Shown: positions 63,191 through 64,000 of the stretch, in pieces | How positions within the stretch are numbered: position 1 is the first letter of the stretch | How the letters are laid out: the number at the start of each line of letters is the position of its first letter | Source of the DNA: Octopus sinensis | Taxonomy: Eukaryota | Assembly: GCF_006345805.1 (NCBI RefSeq) | Contig: NC_043018.1 | Coordinates: 22,878,001 to 22,942,000 of the forward strand | Direction of reading: 5' to 3' | DNA length: 64,000 nt | Program-made: the position numbers and the translations under genes | Notes under the pieces: generated by a model | What the model was told of the DNA's origin: nothing | Seen by the model: only the letters and a program-made list of their open reading frames with translations | The model's database searches: none

Positions 63191-63671
63191 CTACCGATGC
63201 CCTGTCAAGTGGTTGGTGTTAGGAAGGGCATCCAGCCATGGAAAACCAAGCAGAAACAGACTGGAGCCTGAATGCAGGTCTCCTGCTTACCAATCCCAGT
63301 CAAACCGTCTAACCCATGCCAGCATAGAAAACAAGCGTTAGATGACCACACACACGCGTACTTACATAACTGACACTCCGTCGCTTACGACGATGAGGGT
63401 TCAGGTGGATTTGATCAGCTTTGCTTCTCAGGGAGATTTAGCGTGACACAGAATGTGATAAAGCTGGCGCCTTTCAATTACAGGTACAAGCTCATTGTTA
63501 CCAGCTGAGTGGACTGGGACAAGGGGAAATAAAGTGTCTTGCTCAAGGACACAACACGGCCTCCTGGAATTGAATTCGCAACCATATGATCATGAGCCAT
63601 ATACTCTAACCATTAAGCCACGCGCCTTCACTCACAAACACACACACACACAAATATATACAGACACCTAA

Positions 63672-63704
<33 letters not shown>

Positions 63705-63850
63705 ATATACACGCACACGTATGAGTGTGTTTATAGTCATATGTGCATATATATATATGCATATATATATATATATATACATATATGTATACACATATAT
63801 ATGCATATATATATAGTCATACATATATTTATGCATACATATATTTATGC

Positions 63851-63886
<36 letters not shown>

Positions 63887-64000
63887 ATTATATATATATA
63901 TATACATGTATTTATATATACATATGCGTATATATACATATATACACATGCGTATATATACACATGTATATATATATACATGCATATATATATATACATG

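Overview
AT-rich, repeat-saturated eukaryotic genomic DNA with a 100-N scaffold gap at 7603-7702. The SINE, microsatellite and Penelope landscape looks like an octopus/cephalopod genome; this is an inference and the species was not verified. Two host genes can be recognised: SNAPIN coding exon 1 (minus, 1449-1651, gene runs off the left end) and the first coding exon of ALAD/porphobilinogen synthase (plus, 54264-54385, no further exon found before the right end). A third CpG-rich promoter with a candidate first exon (MKWSELQET|GTAAGT, minus, ~48.5 kb) has no identifiable downstream exons. The rest is microsatellites, several SINE families, relics of RLE-class (R4/Dong-like) and RTE LINEs, at least four Penelope-like element (PLE) relics, a Tigger/pogo transposon, a Helitron helicase fragment and MITEs. 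Nearly all ORFs in the supplied track are microsatellite artefacts. The most striking unexplained signal is seven minimal type-I hammerhead-ribozyme motifs with intact CUGANGA/GAAA/NUH cores and palindromic stem III, plus degenerate copies inside fold-back elements embedded in (TA)n. Several kb-scale inverted duplications are also present. All alignments, folds and identities were judged by eye.
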